Shown here in pieces: positions 29,011 to 39,760 of a stretch of DNA of 64,000 nt. Position 1 is the stretch's first letter, and each line of letters starts with the position of its first letter. The notes under the pieces are model-generated. The model searched no databases, had not been told where the DNA came from, and saw only the letters and a list, made by a program, of their open reading frames with translations. The position numbers and the translations under genes were made by a program. The stretch lies in the sequence record NZ_CP083859.1; one strand, given 5' to 3'. Origin of the DNA: a plasmid.

Positions 29011-30069
29011 TTAATTAATACGGTTGGTGAGGTCGGCTGGATAGACGATGACATCGGTAATGGATCGCACCGTTGCAGGCTTGAAGGAAACCATCGCGTT
29101 ATCTATCACTTCATTTTTCGACATCAGGCCCAGCTGGTGGAAGGCAAACAGCCCCGGCAGATTTACGCCGCTGCGCAACGTGTATCCAATCCCACCTGAC
29201 GGACGCATATTCGTCTCAAGCAGCACTGGCTTGCCGTTGTGGTCATTACGCGTCTGCACATTGGTGAGGCCGTCCGCGTTCATAGCCCGGGCACAGTTAC
29301 AGGCCAGCTCGTATGCTTCGCCGCAGTTCACCAGATACTGAAGCGCACCTTCTTTGCGACGTCCCACAGCTGCGAGGACTTCACCCTTGTGCGCCAGAAT
29401 ATCGACAGAATATTCGGGTCCAGGCAGATACGGCATCAAAACAAGGGGGGTAAACGTCTTAGCGGCGCTCAGCGCTGCAATATACTGGCCGGGTTTCACG
29501 ATCCGGTTTTCCGGGTTGTTGAATACCGCTATGGAGGAGGCCTCGTCATCGAAACGCCAGAATCCCATGCCATAAATACCCGTGACGGGTTTGACACATA
29601 GCGGAGTATCCGCAAAAGGAGGATTAGCAAGATGGTCCTGCAGCGCCGAAATCGAGTTGATGCGTACAGAAGGGACGACCGGCAGTCCACATTGCTGCAT
29701 AAAGTCAGCGAAAGTAACTTTATCGTCGGCAAGCGTCAGCCAGTCAGAAGCCGTCGCGCCAGTGGTGAGCGTAGCGCCCGACGCTTCGATTGCAGCACGA
29801 TGCTGTTCGAACCACTGACTATTTCGTCCCGTATGAACAGCATTAATCCCGTGTTTCCCGATAGTGTCGAGAATGAAAGCAAGGCGGCTTTCCGGGTCAG
29901 AGGGTTCGATTAGCGCATAGTCAGCAACGGCAAGCAATTCATTACGTTCGTGACGATGAGAGGCATAAACAACAAGATTGAAGTTATTAAATTTAGCGAA
30001 AGACTTCATTCCCTGAATAATATCACGCTGTGATGAAAGTCCTTCCATAAGCCAAATTTTGTTTTTCAT
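29011..30069 (-). CDS. ATP-grasp ligase, operon gene 1
   Basis: 352 aa; ...CVKPVTGIYGMGFWRF... and ...LLETNMRPSGG... fit ATP-grasp B/C subdomains. First gene transcribed from the terZ-divergent promoter. Confidence 0.7.
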   Translation of the reverse strand: MKNKIWLMEGLSSQRDIIQGMKSFAKFNNFNLVVYASHRHERNELLAVADYALIEPSDPESRLAFILDTIGKHGINAVHTGRNSQWFEQHRAAIEASGATLTTGATASDWLTLADDKVTFADFMQQCGLPVVPSVRINSISALQDHLANPPFADTPLCVKPVTGIYGMGFWRFDDEASSIAVFNNPENRIVKPGQYIAALSAAKTFTPLVLMPYLPGPEYSVDILAHKGEVLAAVGRRKEGALQYLVNCGEAYELACNCARAMNADGLTNVQTRNDHNGKPVLLETNMRPSGGIGYTLRSGVNLPGLFAFHQLGLMSKNEVIDNAMVSFKPATVRSITDVIVYPADLTNRIN

Positions 30070-30395
30070 TTTTTAAGTTATTACCTGATAAGTTCAAGCT
30101 GTTAAGGCGGTTATGAGAGTCTAAGAATGTCTTAAGTTGATGTCAATCATAATATGATTGTTAAATGCGGGCATTTTCAACGCTGTGACTGTGATCATGC
30201 AGGGGGTTTATACACTTATATTTCAGCAACCTGAAAGATTTAAGTGCGCAACAATGTAGCGAAAATACAGCCCTGGATCAAAAAAACCTAAAAATTTGTT
30301 CTTGCCTCAGAACTTCATCATGATATGATTTTTTACGTTAGTGGATAAGCGTTATCTCTGGGTTAACTTTCTCATCACCATTTAAGGAAATAAAT
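30070..30395. promoter_or_regulatory. divergent promoter region between the ATP-grasp operon and terZABCDE
   Basis: 326-bp AT-rich intergenic region between divergently oriented operons; RBS aaggaaataaatATG for terZ. Confidence 0.5.
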
Positions 30396-30977
30396 ATGGT
30401 TTCATTAAGCAAGAATCAGACGGTTTCACTCACTAAACAATCTTCTGCACTCAGCCAGCTTCAGTTTGGTCTTGGCTGGGATCCAATTAAGAAAAAAGGG
30501 CTGCTGGGTGGGTTGTTTGGTGGCAGTGGTTCCATCGATCTAGATGCCGGATGTGTCCTCATGGACAGCGCCGGAAACAAAATCGACACCGTCTGGTTCC
30601 AACAACTGAAATCCAAATGTACGGCTGTTGTTCACAGCGGCGACAACCTGACAGGTGAAGGCGATGGTGATGATGAAGTGATCAATGTCAATCTGAGCAA
30701 ACTGCCTGCAAATGTCGAGTACCTGGCCTTTACCGTGAACAGCTTCCGTGGTCAGTCGTTCAACGATGTCGATAATGCATTCTGCCGTGTAGTTGATCAG
30801 ACCAACAAAGAACTCGCCCGTTATCAGCTGACCGAGCAGGGCGCCCATACCGGCATCGTTATTGCGTCCCTGCGTCGTAATAATGGCAACTGGGACTTCA
30901 CGGCCCATGGCCACCCATGCCGCGGTCGTACCATTACCGATATGCACTCCGATATCGTTTCAACGGTAGTCCGCTAA
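30396..30977 (+). CDS. terZ: TerZ (TerD-family)
   Basis: MVSLSKNQTVSLTK...GLGWD...[19 protein letters not shown]... is the TerD-domain signature; first gene of the ter operon. Confidence 0.9.
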   Translation: MVSLSKNQTVSLTKQSSALSQLQFGLGWDPIKKKGLLGGLFGGSGSIDLDAGCVLMDSAGNKIDTVWFQQLKSKCTAVVHSGDNLTGEGDGDDEVINVNLSKLPANVEYLAFTVNSFRGQSFNDVDNAFCRVVDQTNKELARYQLTEQGAHTGIVIASLRRNNGNWDFTAHGHPCRGRTITDMHSDIVSTVVR

Positions 30978-32146
30978 TGAACCTGACGCCGGGGGGCAAT
31001 GCCCCCGTACCATCACAGGAGCTCCGGGTTCGAATCACCTCAGGTGGTCCGGTTGACGCCTCTGCGTTTCGTCTTTATGCAGACGGAAAAGTGCAGGGGG
31101 ATGCGGATATGGTCTTCTACGGCCAGCTGCGCAACGATGATGGCACTGTCAGCCTGGTGAGTGAGGGACAGTATTCAACATTTACTGTCGCTCTTAACCG
31201 GCTGAGGACCGATGTCCAGAAAATTGCCTTTACCGTTACCTGTGACGGTGGGCAGACCGTTGCTGGTCTTCGCAATCTGTCTATTGACGTAGAGCAGGGT
31301 GCAACCCGTCTGGTTAGCGGCGTCGTGGATTTAACGGGCCGTCAGGAAGCTGCGCTCATTCTGGGTGAATTCTATCGTCGTAATAACGAGTGGAAATTCC
31401 GCTTCGTTGCTCAGGGTTTCAATGGCGGACTAAAGCCGCTGGCGGAACACTTTGGTGTTGATATCGCAGACTCACCGGCTCCGGACACTACAACTGCGCC
31501 GCCTGCCGTTACGCCACCAGCACCAGCTCCGGCAGCTAATAAAGTAAGCCTGAGCAAGGTTTCCCTGACCAAGGAGAAACCAGCAATCAGCCTGGCCAAA
31601 CGCGATAACTTTGGCGAGATCCGTATCAATCTTAACTGGAATCGCGCAAGCGGCAGCTCAGGACTGAGGGGCATGTTTGGTTCCAAAGGGATTGATCTGG
31701 ATCTGGGTGCCTTTGTAGAGCTGGAAGACGGTTACAAATCGGTAATACAGGCGCTGGGTAATGCCTTCGGTGATTATCATGACGAACCTTATGTTCAGCT
31801 GCAGGGCGATGATCGTACTGGCGACAATGCTTCAGGTGAATGGCTGCACATCAACGGCCGCGAATGGAAGCACGTTCGTGAGGTCCTGATCTATGCCTTC
31901 ATTTACGAAGGTGCGGCCAGCTGGGATAAAACAGATGGGATCGTCACCATCCATGTTCCGGATCAGCCGCCTATTGAAACCCGGCTGACAGAAGGCGATA
32001 ACCGTCGCACCTTGTGTGCGATTGCCCGCCTTGTCAACGAAAATGGCGCCATCAAGGTGGAGCGAATCAACCAGTATTTCAAAGGCCAGTCTGAAATGGA
32101 CAAAGCCTTTAACTGGGGCTTTCGCTGGAGCGCCGGTTCTAAATAA
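30977..32146 (+). CDS. terA: TerA (tandem TerD-domain protein)
   Basis: 389 aa; start overlaps the terZ stop (TAATG); two TerD-like halves. Confidence 0.85.
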   Translation: MNLTPGGNAPVPSQELRVRITSGGPVDASAFRLYADGKVQGDADMVFYGQLRNDDGTVSLVSEGQYSTFTVALNRLRTDVQKIAFTVTCDGGQTVAGLRNLSIDVEQGATRLVSGVVDLTGRQEAALILGEFYRRNNEWKFRFVAQGFNGGLKPLAEHFGVDIADSPAPDTTTAPPAVTPPAPAPAANKVSLSKVSLTKEKPAISLAKRDNFGEIRINLNWNRASGSSGLRGMFGSKGIDLDLGAFVELEDGYKSVIQALGNAFGDYHDEPYVQLQGDDRTGDNASGEWLHINGREWKHVREVLIYAFIYEGAASWDKTDGIVTIHVPDQPPIETRLTEGDNRRTLCAIARLVNENGAIKVERINQYFKGQSEMDKAFNWGFRWSAGSK

Positions 32147-32168
32147 CGTCACATCAAAGGATTTAACC

Positions 32169-32624
32169 ATGAGTTTTTTCGACAAAGTTAAAGGTGCGCT
32201 TAATTCCGGGCGCGACGAACTGACCCGTCAGGTTGGCCGTTTCAAAAATAAGAAGTTCATGCAGGGTACAGTCGCTGTCTGCGCCCGTATTGCTGCCGCC
32301 AGTGACGGCGTAAGCTCGGAAGAAAAACAGAAAATGATGGGTTTTCTGCGTGCTTCCGAAGAACTGAAAATTTTCGATACCAATGAGGTTATCGAGTTCT
32401 TCAACAAACTGGTTTCAAGTTTCGATTTCGATGTTGAGATTGGTAAAGGTGAAACCATGAAGTACATCCTGGCGCTGAAAGATCAGCCTGAAGCCGCACA
32501 ACTGGCATTACGCGTTGGTATTGCTGTTGGCAAAAGCGACGGTAACTTTGACCCGGATGAGAAAGCAGCCGCACGTGAAATCGCTGTCGCGCTCGGCTTT
32601 GACCCGGCTGAATTCGGCCTCTGA
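32169..32624 (+). CDS. terB: TerB
   Basis: MSFFDKVKGALNSGRDELTRQVGRFKNKKFMQGTVAVCARIAAASDGVSSEEKQKM... is the TerB fold. Confidence 0.9.
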   Translation: MSFFDKVKGALNSGRDELTRQVGRFKNKKFMQGTVAVCARIAAASDGVSSEEKQKMMGFLRASEELKIFDTNEVIEFFNKLVSSFDFDVEIGKGETMKYILALKDQPEAAQLALRVGIAVGKSDGNFDPDEKAAAREIAVALGFDPAEFGL

Positions 32625-32647
32625 GATACATCCTTTAAAGGTAAATT

Positions 32648-33688
32648 ATGGTTTCGACACATATTGGTTTTCCGGTTGAGACAGTCACAGTGTTTATTGC
32701 GCTGTCACTCGGTGCCATTTTCATTGACCTGTTCATGCACCGTCATGACAAGCCAATTTCGCTGAAAAGTGCCGCGCTGTGGTCCGTGTTCTGGGTCATT
32801 GTCGCGATGGCATTTGCCGGGTTCCTGTACGTTCACCACGGTGCTGAAGTCGCAAGCCTGTTTGTCACTGGTTATGCACTGGAGAAGGTGCTTTCTGTCG
32901 ACAACCTGTTCGTGATGATGGCCATTTTCTCCTGGTTCTCGGTACCGGATCGTTTCCGTCACCGTGTGCTCTACTGGGGCATTATTGGCGCCATCGTCTT
33001 CAGGGGCATTTTTGTGGCCATCGGTGCTGGCCTGCTGAGCCTGGGGCCGTATGTTGAAGTGGTATTCGCCCTCATCGTGGCCTGGACGGCTGTCATGATG
33101 CTCAGAAGTGGCGGTGATGAAGAGGAAGTGGAAGACTATTCGCAGCATCTTGCATACCGGATGGTTAAACGCTTCTTCCCGATCTGGCCAAAACTTCAGG
33201 GTCACGCTTTCCTTCTCTCTCAGAAAGAAGTGGATGCCGAGCTGGCAAAACCTGAAAACAAAGATGTGACCATCGGTCGCGGTAAGAAAGCATGGCGCTA
33301 CGCCACGCCGCTGATGCTCTGTGTGGCAGTAGTGGAGCTCTCCGATGTCATGTTTGCGTTTGACTCGGTCCCGGCCATCATAGCCGTCAGCCGTGAGCCA
33401 CTGATTGTCTACAGTGCCATGATGTTTGCTATCCTGGGCCTTCGTACCCTGTATTTCGTACTCGAAGCCCTGAAGCAGTATCTGGTGCATCTGGAGAAAG
33501 CCGTTATCGTACTGCTGTTCTTCATCGCTGCCAAACTGGGGCTGAACGCAACAGACCATATCTGGCACCACGGGTATAATATTGCGGCCACCACCAGCCT
33601 GTACGTCGTGCTGGGTGTCCTGGCCGTCGGGATCATTGCAAGCGTCATGTTCCCGGGCAAACCAGAAACAGAGGGAAAGGAGAGCTAA
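32648..33688 (+). CDS. terC: TerC integral membrane protein
   Basis: 346 aa polytopic membrane protein of the TerC family (…LSVDNLFV…). Confidence 0.9.
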   Translation: MVSTHIGFPVETVTVFIALSLGAIFIDLFMHRHDKPISLKSAALWSVFWVIVAMAFAGFLYVHHGAEVASLFVTGYALEKVLSVDNLFVMMAIFSWFSVPDRFRHRVLYWGIIGAIVFRGIFVAIGAGLLSLGPYVEVVFALIVAWTAVMMLRSGGDEEEVEDYSQHLAYRMVKRFFPIWPKLQGHAFLLSQKEVDAELAKPENKDVTIGRGKKAWRYATPLMLCVAVVELSDVMFAFDSVPAIIAVSREPLIVYSAMMFAILGLRTLYFVLEALKQYLVHLEKAVIVLLFFIAAKLGLNATDHIWHHGYNIAATTSLYVVLGVLAVGIIASVMFPGKPETEGKES

Positions 33689-33736
33689 TCTCCTGAGAAT
33701 TTCACTAATTCTATTACTAATGCATGAGGCTGAACT

Positions 33737-34315
33737 ATGAGTGTTTCTCTTTCTAAAGGCGGTAACGTATCCCTGAGCAAAGCAGCTCCAACCATGAAAA
33801 ATGTTCTGGTTGGTCTGGGCTGGGATGCTCGTTCCACTGACGGGCAGGACTTCGACCTGGATGCTTCTGCGTTTCTGCTGAGCGCCAGTGGCAAAGTTCG
33901 TAATGACGCAGATTTCATTTTCTATAACAACCTGAAGTCAGCTGACGGGTCCGTTACCCATACCGGTGATAACCGTACCGGTGAAGGCGATGGTGATGAT
34001 GAATCCCTGAAAATCAAACTGGATACTATCCCGGCAGACGTGGATAAGATTGTGTTTGTGGTGACGATCCATGATGCACAGGCCCGCCGACAGAGCTTTG
34101 GTCAGGTATCCGGTGCGTTTATCCGCCTGGTGAACGACGATAACCAGACTGAAGTCGCTCGTTATGATCTGACTGAAGACGCCTCCACAGAAACCGCCAT
34201 GCTGTTTGGCGAACTGTATCGTCACAATACCGAATGGAAGTTCCGTGCGGTCGGCCAGGGTTATGCTGGTGGCCTGGCTTCCGTGTGTGCTCAGTACGGC
34301 ATTAACGCGTCCTGA
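33737..34315 (+). CDS. terD: TerD
   Basis: [32 protein letters not shown]...[17 protein letters not shown]... Confidence 0.9.
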   Translation: MSVSLSKGGNVSLSKAAPTMKNVLVGLGWDARSTDGQDFDLDASAFLLSASGKVRNDADFIFYNNLKSADGSVTHTGDNRTGEGDGDDESLKIKLDTIPADVDKIVFVVTIHDAQARRQSFGQVSGAFIRLVNDDNQTEVARYDLTEDASTETAMLFGELYRHNTEWKFRAVGQGYAGGLASVCAQYGINAS

Positions 34316-34384
34316 TAAAAGTCGCTTTTCTGTCCCCGGGCTGTTCATTCAGCCCAAACCCTAATTAATAGCAGGAGCTTAACA

Positions 34385-34960
34385 ATGGCAGTTTCTCTCG
34401 TTAAAGGCGGTAACGTATCCCTTACTAAAGAAGCACCAACCATGAATGTTGCGATGGTTGGTCTGGGCTGGGATGCGCGTGTCACCGACGGTCAGCCATT
34501 TGACCTGGATGCGTCTGTGTTCGCGGTAGGTGATGACGGTAAAGTGCTTTCTGATCAGCACTTCATTTTCTTCAACAACAAAACCAGTCCTGACGGCGCC
34601 GTGGAACACCAGGGTGACAACCGTACTGGTGAAGGGGATGGCGATGATGAGTCGGTCAAAATTGATCTGACCAAAGTGTCAGCTGACGTTAAAAAACTGG
34701 TATTCGCTGTCACCATCTATGACGCCGAAGTCCGTAAGCAAAACTTCGGTATGGTGAGCAACAGTTTCATGCGCGTTTACAACAACGATAATGCTGCTGA
34801 AATCGCACGCTTCGATCTGTCTGAAGATGCGTCCACCGAAACCGCTATGATCTTTGGCGAACTGTACCGCCATGGCGCCGAATGGAAATTTAAAGCCGTA
34901 GGCCAGGGTTTTGCAGGTGGATTACCGGCGCTGGCATCCCAGCACGGTGTTAATATCTAA
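34385..34960 (+). CDS. terE: TerE
   Basis: [32 protein letters not shown]...[17 protein letters not shown]... Confidence 0.9.
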   Translation: MAVSLVKGGNVSLTKEAPTMNVAMVGLGWDARVTDGQPFDLDASVFAVGDDGKVLSDQHFIFFNNKTSPDGAVEHQGDNRTGEGDGDDESVKIDLTKVSADVKKLVFAVTIYDAEVRKQNFGMVSNSFMRVYNNDNAAEIARFDLSEDASTETAMIFGELYRHGAEWKFKAVGQGFAGGLPALASQHGVNI

Positions 34961-34974
34961 TAATAATTACATAC

Positions 34975-35008
34975 TCAACCCCGGTGCTGTCACTGGGGTT
35001 TTTTTATA
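34975..35008 (+). terminator. rho-independent terminator after terE
   Basis: CTCAACCCCGGTGCTGTCACTGGGGTTTTTTTATAGG: GC stem CCCCGGTG/CACTGGGG then T7. Confidence 0.55.
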
Positions 35009-35019
35009 GGTGTCTGCAC

Positions 35020-35670
35020 ATGGCAAAGAAAAAAGATGATGGTTCGGCTGTAATACTACTTTTTGTTGTAGCGTTTTTTGTGTTCCTGCCCTTTCTGATA
35101 TTCGGGATGTTCTTCTACCGAAAATTAAAAAGAAAATACTCAGCAATACCAAACATCCAGCGTGTTTACGATATTGGCGTTCTGTTTAAAACGTTGGGTG
35201 CCTCCATTGCTGTAATTGTGGTTTCAGCCGTACTGGTTCTGCAACTGAGTGCACTTCCGGCTAAATTTGTATCGCCAGGAACCGCACATTACATTGCGAG
35301 AGTTTTATTCATTCTCTATCCGATTGTCATGATATGGCCAATGAAAAAAATGGCTGAGCGCATCGCCATTGAGTACTTCGGCATCGTCTTCAATGACAAC
35401 GACAGAACAATTATCCTCCCTGCCGACATAGGTAATATGGGACTGGGTGACTGGCTTCGCCTCAGGTTCCTGAGCAGAATGGGCGAGCAGGACAGCATAG
35501 AGATACGCAAAATATCGAATATCACCCGAGAGAAAGGCGTCAATTTCTACATTCACGGTGATTTTGGGTCCCGCCGTATCAACTTTTCCAATAAACAAAA
35601 GCGTGACGAATGTCTTTCGGCGCTGCAGGCCAGAACCCGCGTAAAGGGTGGCAGAGACTACGGTTATTAA
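35020..35670 (+). CDS. membrane protein between terE and terF (216 aa)
   Basis: [33 protein letters not shown]...; about three TM segments, soluble C-terminal domain. Confidence 0.5.
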   Translation: MAKKKDDGSAVILLFVVAFFVFLPFLIFGMFFYRKLKRKYSAIPNIQRVYDIGVLFKTLGASIAVIVVSAVLVLQLSALPAKFVSPGTAHYIARVLFILYPIVMIWPMKKMAERIAIEYFGIVFNDNDRTIILPADIGNMGLGDWLRLRFLSRMGEQDSIEIRKISNITREKGVNFYIHGDFGSRRINFSNKQKRDECLSALQARTRVKGGRDYGY

Positions 35671-35686
35671 ACAAGGAGCAGAAGCC

Positions 35687-36940
35687 ATGCAATTACAGTC
35701 AGGTCAGAATATCCCTCTAACTTCATCCTCTATCACGCTCAACCTGCGATATCCGGTGCGACCGGCTTTTCGCGGCGAACCCGATACCTGCGTTTTCATG
35801 CTCAACGCACAGGGAAAGGTGAGTGGTGATAACGATTTCATCTTTTTTAATAATCTGAGTTCACCGGATGGCGCCGTTAAACTGACTCCTGGGACACAGC
35901 AATCAAGCGTGCATATTGAACTTAACCGTGTATCACCGGCTGTTCAGAAAATTGCCTTAACTCTCGTCATCGATGGCAGCGATACCATTACCGGCCTGCA
36001 GCAGCTGAGCCTGCAGGCACCCGGCATCGCATCATTCGATCCCGAGACGGCAGGGCGCAGCGAGAAAGCCATCATCGTGGCGGAGGTCTATCGTCATAAC
36101 GGCAACTGGAAGCTCCGGGCGCTTGGCCAAGGTTTCAATGGCGGGCTTGAGCCGCTGGCCATCAGCTACGGTGTTGACGTGTCATCTCCAGCTCCGACAC
36201 CGGCTCCTCAACCTTCAACAGCTCCGACGATAAGTCTTGAGAAAAAGCTGGAGAAACAAGCGCCACGCCTGGTCAGCCTTGCAAAAAAAGCGACCGTCAG
36301 TTTGACCAAGCACAAGCTTAATACGCTGCAGGCGAGCGTAGCGTTTGTGCTCGATGCCTCTGGCTCAATGACCGGAGAGTTTTCAAGAGGGCATGTGCAG
36401 TCTGTACTGGATCGCATCGCTGTTCTTGCCGTTCAGTTTGATGATGACGGTGAAATGGATCTTTGGGGCTTTGCTGAAAAGCACCGAAAATATCTGAATG
36501 TCACGCTGAGTAATCTCGATAATTATGTCGAAACCATTCAGGGGAGTGGCAAACGCTCAAGGTGGGAATTACTGCCTGGCTTGGGTGGTACGAACAACGA
36601 GCCACCAGTGATGGAGGAGATTGTTGATTACTACCGGGACAGTAAGCTACCTGTCTATATCGTATTCATCACGGACGGCGGCATCAGTAAAACAAAAGCG
36701 ATAAAAGATGCTATTCGTCGATCCGCAAATTATCCAATCTTCTGGAAATTTGTCGGCCTCGGAGGTTCGAATTATGGCATCCTGAAAAACCTTGATGATT
36801 TTACAGATCGTAAGATCGATAACACGCACTTCTTTGCCATGGATAATTTCGCAACCGTTAGCGATGAAGCACTTTACGATAATCTTCTTGAAGAATTCCG
36901 AACGTGGATTGATGAGGCTAAGTTAAAGAATATTCTGTAA
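35687..36940 (+). CDS. terF: TerF: TerD-domain N-terminus fused to a C-terminal vWA-like domain
   Basis: RBS aaggagcagaagccATG. N-terminal TerD-like (…[12 protein letters not shown]…) and C-terminal vWA MIDAS-like [15 protein letters not shown]... Confidence 0.8.
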   Translation: MQLQSGQNIPLTSSSITLNLRYPVRPAFRGEPDTCVFMLNAQGKVSGDNDFIFFNNLSSPDGAVKLTPGTQQSSVHIELNRVSPAVQKIALTLVIDGSDTITGLQQLSLQAPGIASFDPETAGRSEKAIIVAEVYRHNGNWKLRALGQGFNGGLEPLAISYGVDVSSPAPTPAPQPSTAPTISLEKKLEKQAPRLVSLAKKATVSLTKHKLNTLQASVAFVLDASGSMTGEFSRGHVQSVLDRIAVLAVQFDDDGEMDLWGFAEKHRKYLNVTLSNLDNYVETIQGSGKRSRWELLPGLGGTNNEPPVMEEIVDYYRDSKLPVYIVFITDGGISKTKAIKDAIRRSANYPIFWKFVGLGGSNYGILKNLDDFTDRKIDNTHFFAMDNFATVSDEALYDNLLEEFRTWIDEAKLKNIL

Positions 36941-37554
36941 TTTTGAAGGCCACGTGCCTGGTGTAATTCCAGGCATATTAAGATTAACCCAGGCAATTTA
37001 ACTTAAGTTTAATTTAATATTTCCGGCGTTAATGGCATGTTAAAATGCTGTAAAGCGAACAAATACGCTGTTTATTTATTGTCCGGAAGGTATGGATGTC
37101 GTATCTTCCGGAATTCTTTACAATGCCTCGTATGATGACATTTTTGTACCAAGGACCGTTGAAGCTAGAAAGTTAACTCTGGCTAAACACTTAGCTACAG
37201 CTTTTTAAGCTAATTGTATTAGCATCATCAATATGCAACATATCCTTGATCGTAATACTATATCATTCATCTCTGGTCACTATCACGAAACCTTTTCTTT
37301 TTTGCCTCCTGCATCGCCTGATGCCTTCTTCGTCTGGGCACCTCATTGGCGCCAAATATAATAACAAAAGCAATTATTGCAATAACAACAAATAAAATAA
37401 TCATTTTCCGTCCTTTTTGAGTTTTTTATCGATCCCATCTTCTTCCTTTTCAAGCGACTTTTTACGTCGCTTTTCAAGATGGTCCGAAGCTTTTTTTCCT
37501 GCAAAAGCTGATGAAATAGCCGTCACTAATAACCCAACAGCGGCCAGGATGTTT

Positions 37555-37914
37555 TTACTTTGTGACAAGACCATACTCCTCGTTCAGAAATGTGTAGAAG
37601 CCTTTGTCTATATTGCCATTATCGAAAGGTTCCCGGCCATGGACATCGATTAAATTATTACGCAATTTTTGTATCTGCGACTTTAAATCATCCACCGGCA
37701 TTTCGCCAGAAGCGTACTCATACCTCAGCAGTTCAAGCGAGACAATCGTTTCCAGTTGGGCGACATCTGCAGCATTAAGATCTTTGCTTTGCCGCAAACG
37801 CTCAGCTGCTGCTGTTACTACAGCAGGCTCGCAACAATCATCGGAGTCTTCAAAATGATAAAAGTTTTTTGTATTAGTGGCATGGTTTACTAAGCGCATA
37901 CAGTTTTTATCCAA
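37555..37914 (-). CDS. hypothetical acidic 119-aa protein, third gene of an unknown three-gene operon
   Basis: Overlaps the upstream gene's stop by 25 nt (coupled). No known motif. Confidence 0.45.
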   Translation of the reverse strand: MDKNCMRLVNHATNTKNFYHFEDSDDCCEPAVVTAAAERLRQSKDLNAADVAQLETIVSLELLRYEYASGEMPVDDLKSQIQKLRNNLIDVHGREPFDNGNIDKGFYTFLNEEYGLVTK

Positions 37915-38993
37915 TCGTCAAAATTTGATTCGCTGTCATTAAGTACGGCAATAGATTTTTCATAATGAGTCATGACCTGACGATGCTGTTTATGGACTAT
38001 CAACACCGAACGGGCGCTGTTCCAGAGGAACGGACCGGCAATAAGGTAGTTCAGCTTTCCGGTTCGTCCAAGAGTTCCTGTTACCAGCAGAAGCATCTGT
38101 ATAACAAGCGCAGTGCCATAAGCGATCACCGCAAGTTGCGTCTTATGCAGCTCTTTTTCATCTTCAGGAGTATCCAGTCCCCTGTGGGCAAAAGCGCCAT
38201 AAGATAGTAAGAGCATCTTCATAACAGCGTAGGTGGATGCATCAGCTGCGTTAATAGTTCCGTACTCATCTCCCAGAGCTTCCATTAAAGGATTCGAGGC
38301 TGCATACCCTGTAGCTTTGGTGGGGTCCTCTTTCCACTCTGTAAAAAAAGAAGAAAAGGGCAGAGGAAGACCTTTCGTTGTGGGTAAATCGGAAAGATAG
38401 TGGGTCAGAATATGCAGTATTGCCTTCAAATGCAGGCCGAGGCCACTGCTACCGGGAAAGTTACTTTCGAGATACTTGAGTACCAGGGAATAGACCGATT
38501 GCCCTCCGACATCTTGCCCGCCATACGTATAACCGTCAGGCAGTTTCTGATTGAGATTAAAGTCGTGCCCAAAGATTGAACGATGGTTACCACCTGCCCG
38601 GTAGTCTAAGGGACTGGGGCCTTTATCCTTAGGCTTAAAATTCTCATGCAGCTTTACGAATTTCTCTTCAAGTGCATCTGCATAGTGATTTGTCAGTTGC
38701 GCAGCTCCAACTCCCATGATCCCAATGCAGACTGCCACAACAATATCATTGGGATTGAGTGAACGATAATCTGTTGATATCTCCAGGTCTGCAAGCATCG
38801 TCTCGAAATCCACCGTACCGACTGCCATTTTGGCCCGTTCATCCAGGGACAAGTGCGCGGTGGTAGGATCAACTATAATTTCACCTGTGTGCCTCTTCAC
38901 CAGATAGTCAAGGTTGGTCGCTCTTTGATCCCAGTAAGCATCTTCCGGTTCTGCTATGAAAACCGATTTAATTTTGTGCCATATTTTCGCCAT
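37890..38993 (-). CDS. hypothetical 367-aa protein with a hydrophobic segment near the C-terminus, middle gene
   Basis: Long clean ORF in AT-rich DNA; segment LAVIAYGTALVIQMLLLVTGTLG. No catalytic motif recognised. Confidence 0.5.
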   Translation of the reverse strand: MAKIWHKIKSVFIAEPEDAYWDQRATNLDYLVKRHTGEIIVDPTTAHLSLDERAKMAVGTVDFETMLADLEISTDYRSLNPNDIVVAVCIGIMGVGAAQLTNHYADALEEKFVKLHENFKPKDKGPSPLDYRAGGNHRSIFGHDFNLNQKLPDGYTYGGQDVGGQSVYSLVLKYLESNFPGSSGLGLHLKAILHILTHYLSDLPTTKGLPLPFSSFFTEWKEDPTKATGYAASNPLMEALGDEYGTINAADASTYAVMKMLLLSYGAFAHRGLDTPEDEKELHKTQLAVIAYGTALVIQMLLLVTGTLGRTGKLNYLIAGPFLWNSARSVLIVHKQHRQVMTHYEKSIAVLNDSESNFDDWIKTVCA

Positions 38994-39021
38994 TTCGTCC
39001 TCATGAGTTTACTAAGCGGAG

Positions 39022-39507
39022 CTATGTTCTAGGCTGGCTGTCCGTCAGCATGACGGAATAGTGGATGCCATGTGGCAGACTGATTAATAATGGCTTATTG
39101 AGTGTCAGCGGGATGGTCTGTGGTGCAAGTGGTATTGTCCTGACAACACCTCCTACCAGATGGGCATTCACGTATTGCTCGTGATCATAGTAATTTATCT
39201 CACCACTGATTTCGGCCGTACTGTTTCCTTTATGTGGGTAAAAATCGATATAGATCGTCGCTGCTGCAAATTTTCTGTCCAGATCAGAGGTGAATACTTT
39301 ACCAGGCAACGGACGGAGTGCGTACAGTAGCAAATTACGGGTATTGTCTTTTTTCAGAAGGCTTTCCGCGGTTACAGTTACTGTGGTTGGTCCTGAAACT
39401 GGTGACCGCATTTCCGTTATCAGGTACTGCGTTCTGTTTTCTGAGGGCATAGAACTGCATCCCATCAGCGTAAGACTTAAAACAGCAACTCCTGTCATTC
39501 TGTACAA
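39022..39507 (-). CDS. lipoprotein (161 aa), first gene of the three-gene operon
   Basis: Signal peptide plus lipobox MYRMTGVAVLSLTLMGC|SS. Confidence 0.55.
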   Translation of the reverse strand: MYRMTGVAVLSLTLMGCSSMPSENRTQYLITEMRSPVSGPTTVTVTAESLLKKDNTRNLLLYALRPLPGKVFTSDLDRKFAAATIYIDFYPHKGNSTAEISGEINYYDHEQYVNAHLVGGVVRTIPLAPQTIPLTLNKPLLISLPHGIHYSVMLTDSQPRT

Positions 39508-39760
39508 TTCAAGTTTCCTTCTTTCATTATCATTAAATGATAGTCATTCTGTCAGTATCGGCATAGTTTGCAATTAGTTGATACTAATATGCTCAGAGGG
39601 TTTGAAAGGCAATACACATCCGGCTCATAAGTTGATGGTGTTAGTCACATCTGCTTTGGTTGTTATCCTTTAAGCTGGCTACTCCACTCCTCGTCCACTA
39701 ATGATCACGCGCAACTTCCGCTTTTCACTCATAACCGCCTGATGCTATCCGGGGGATTTA

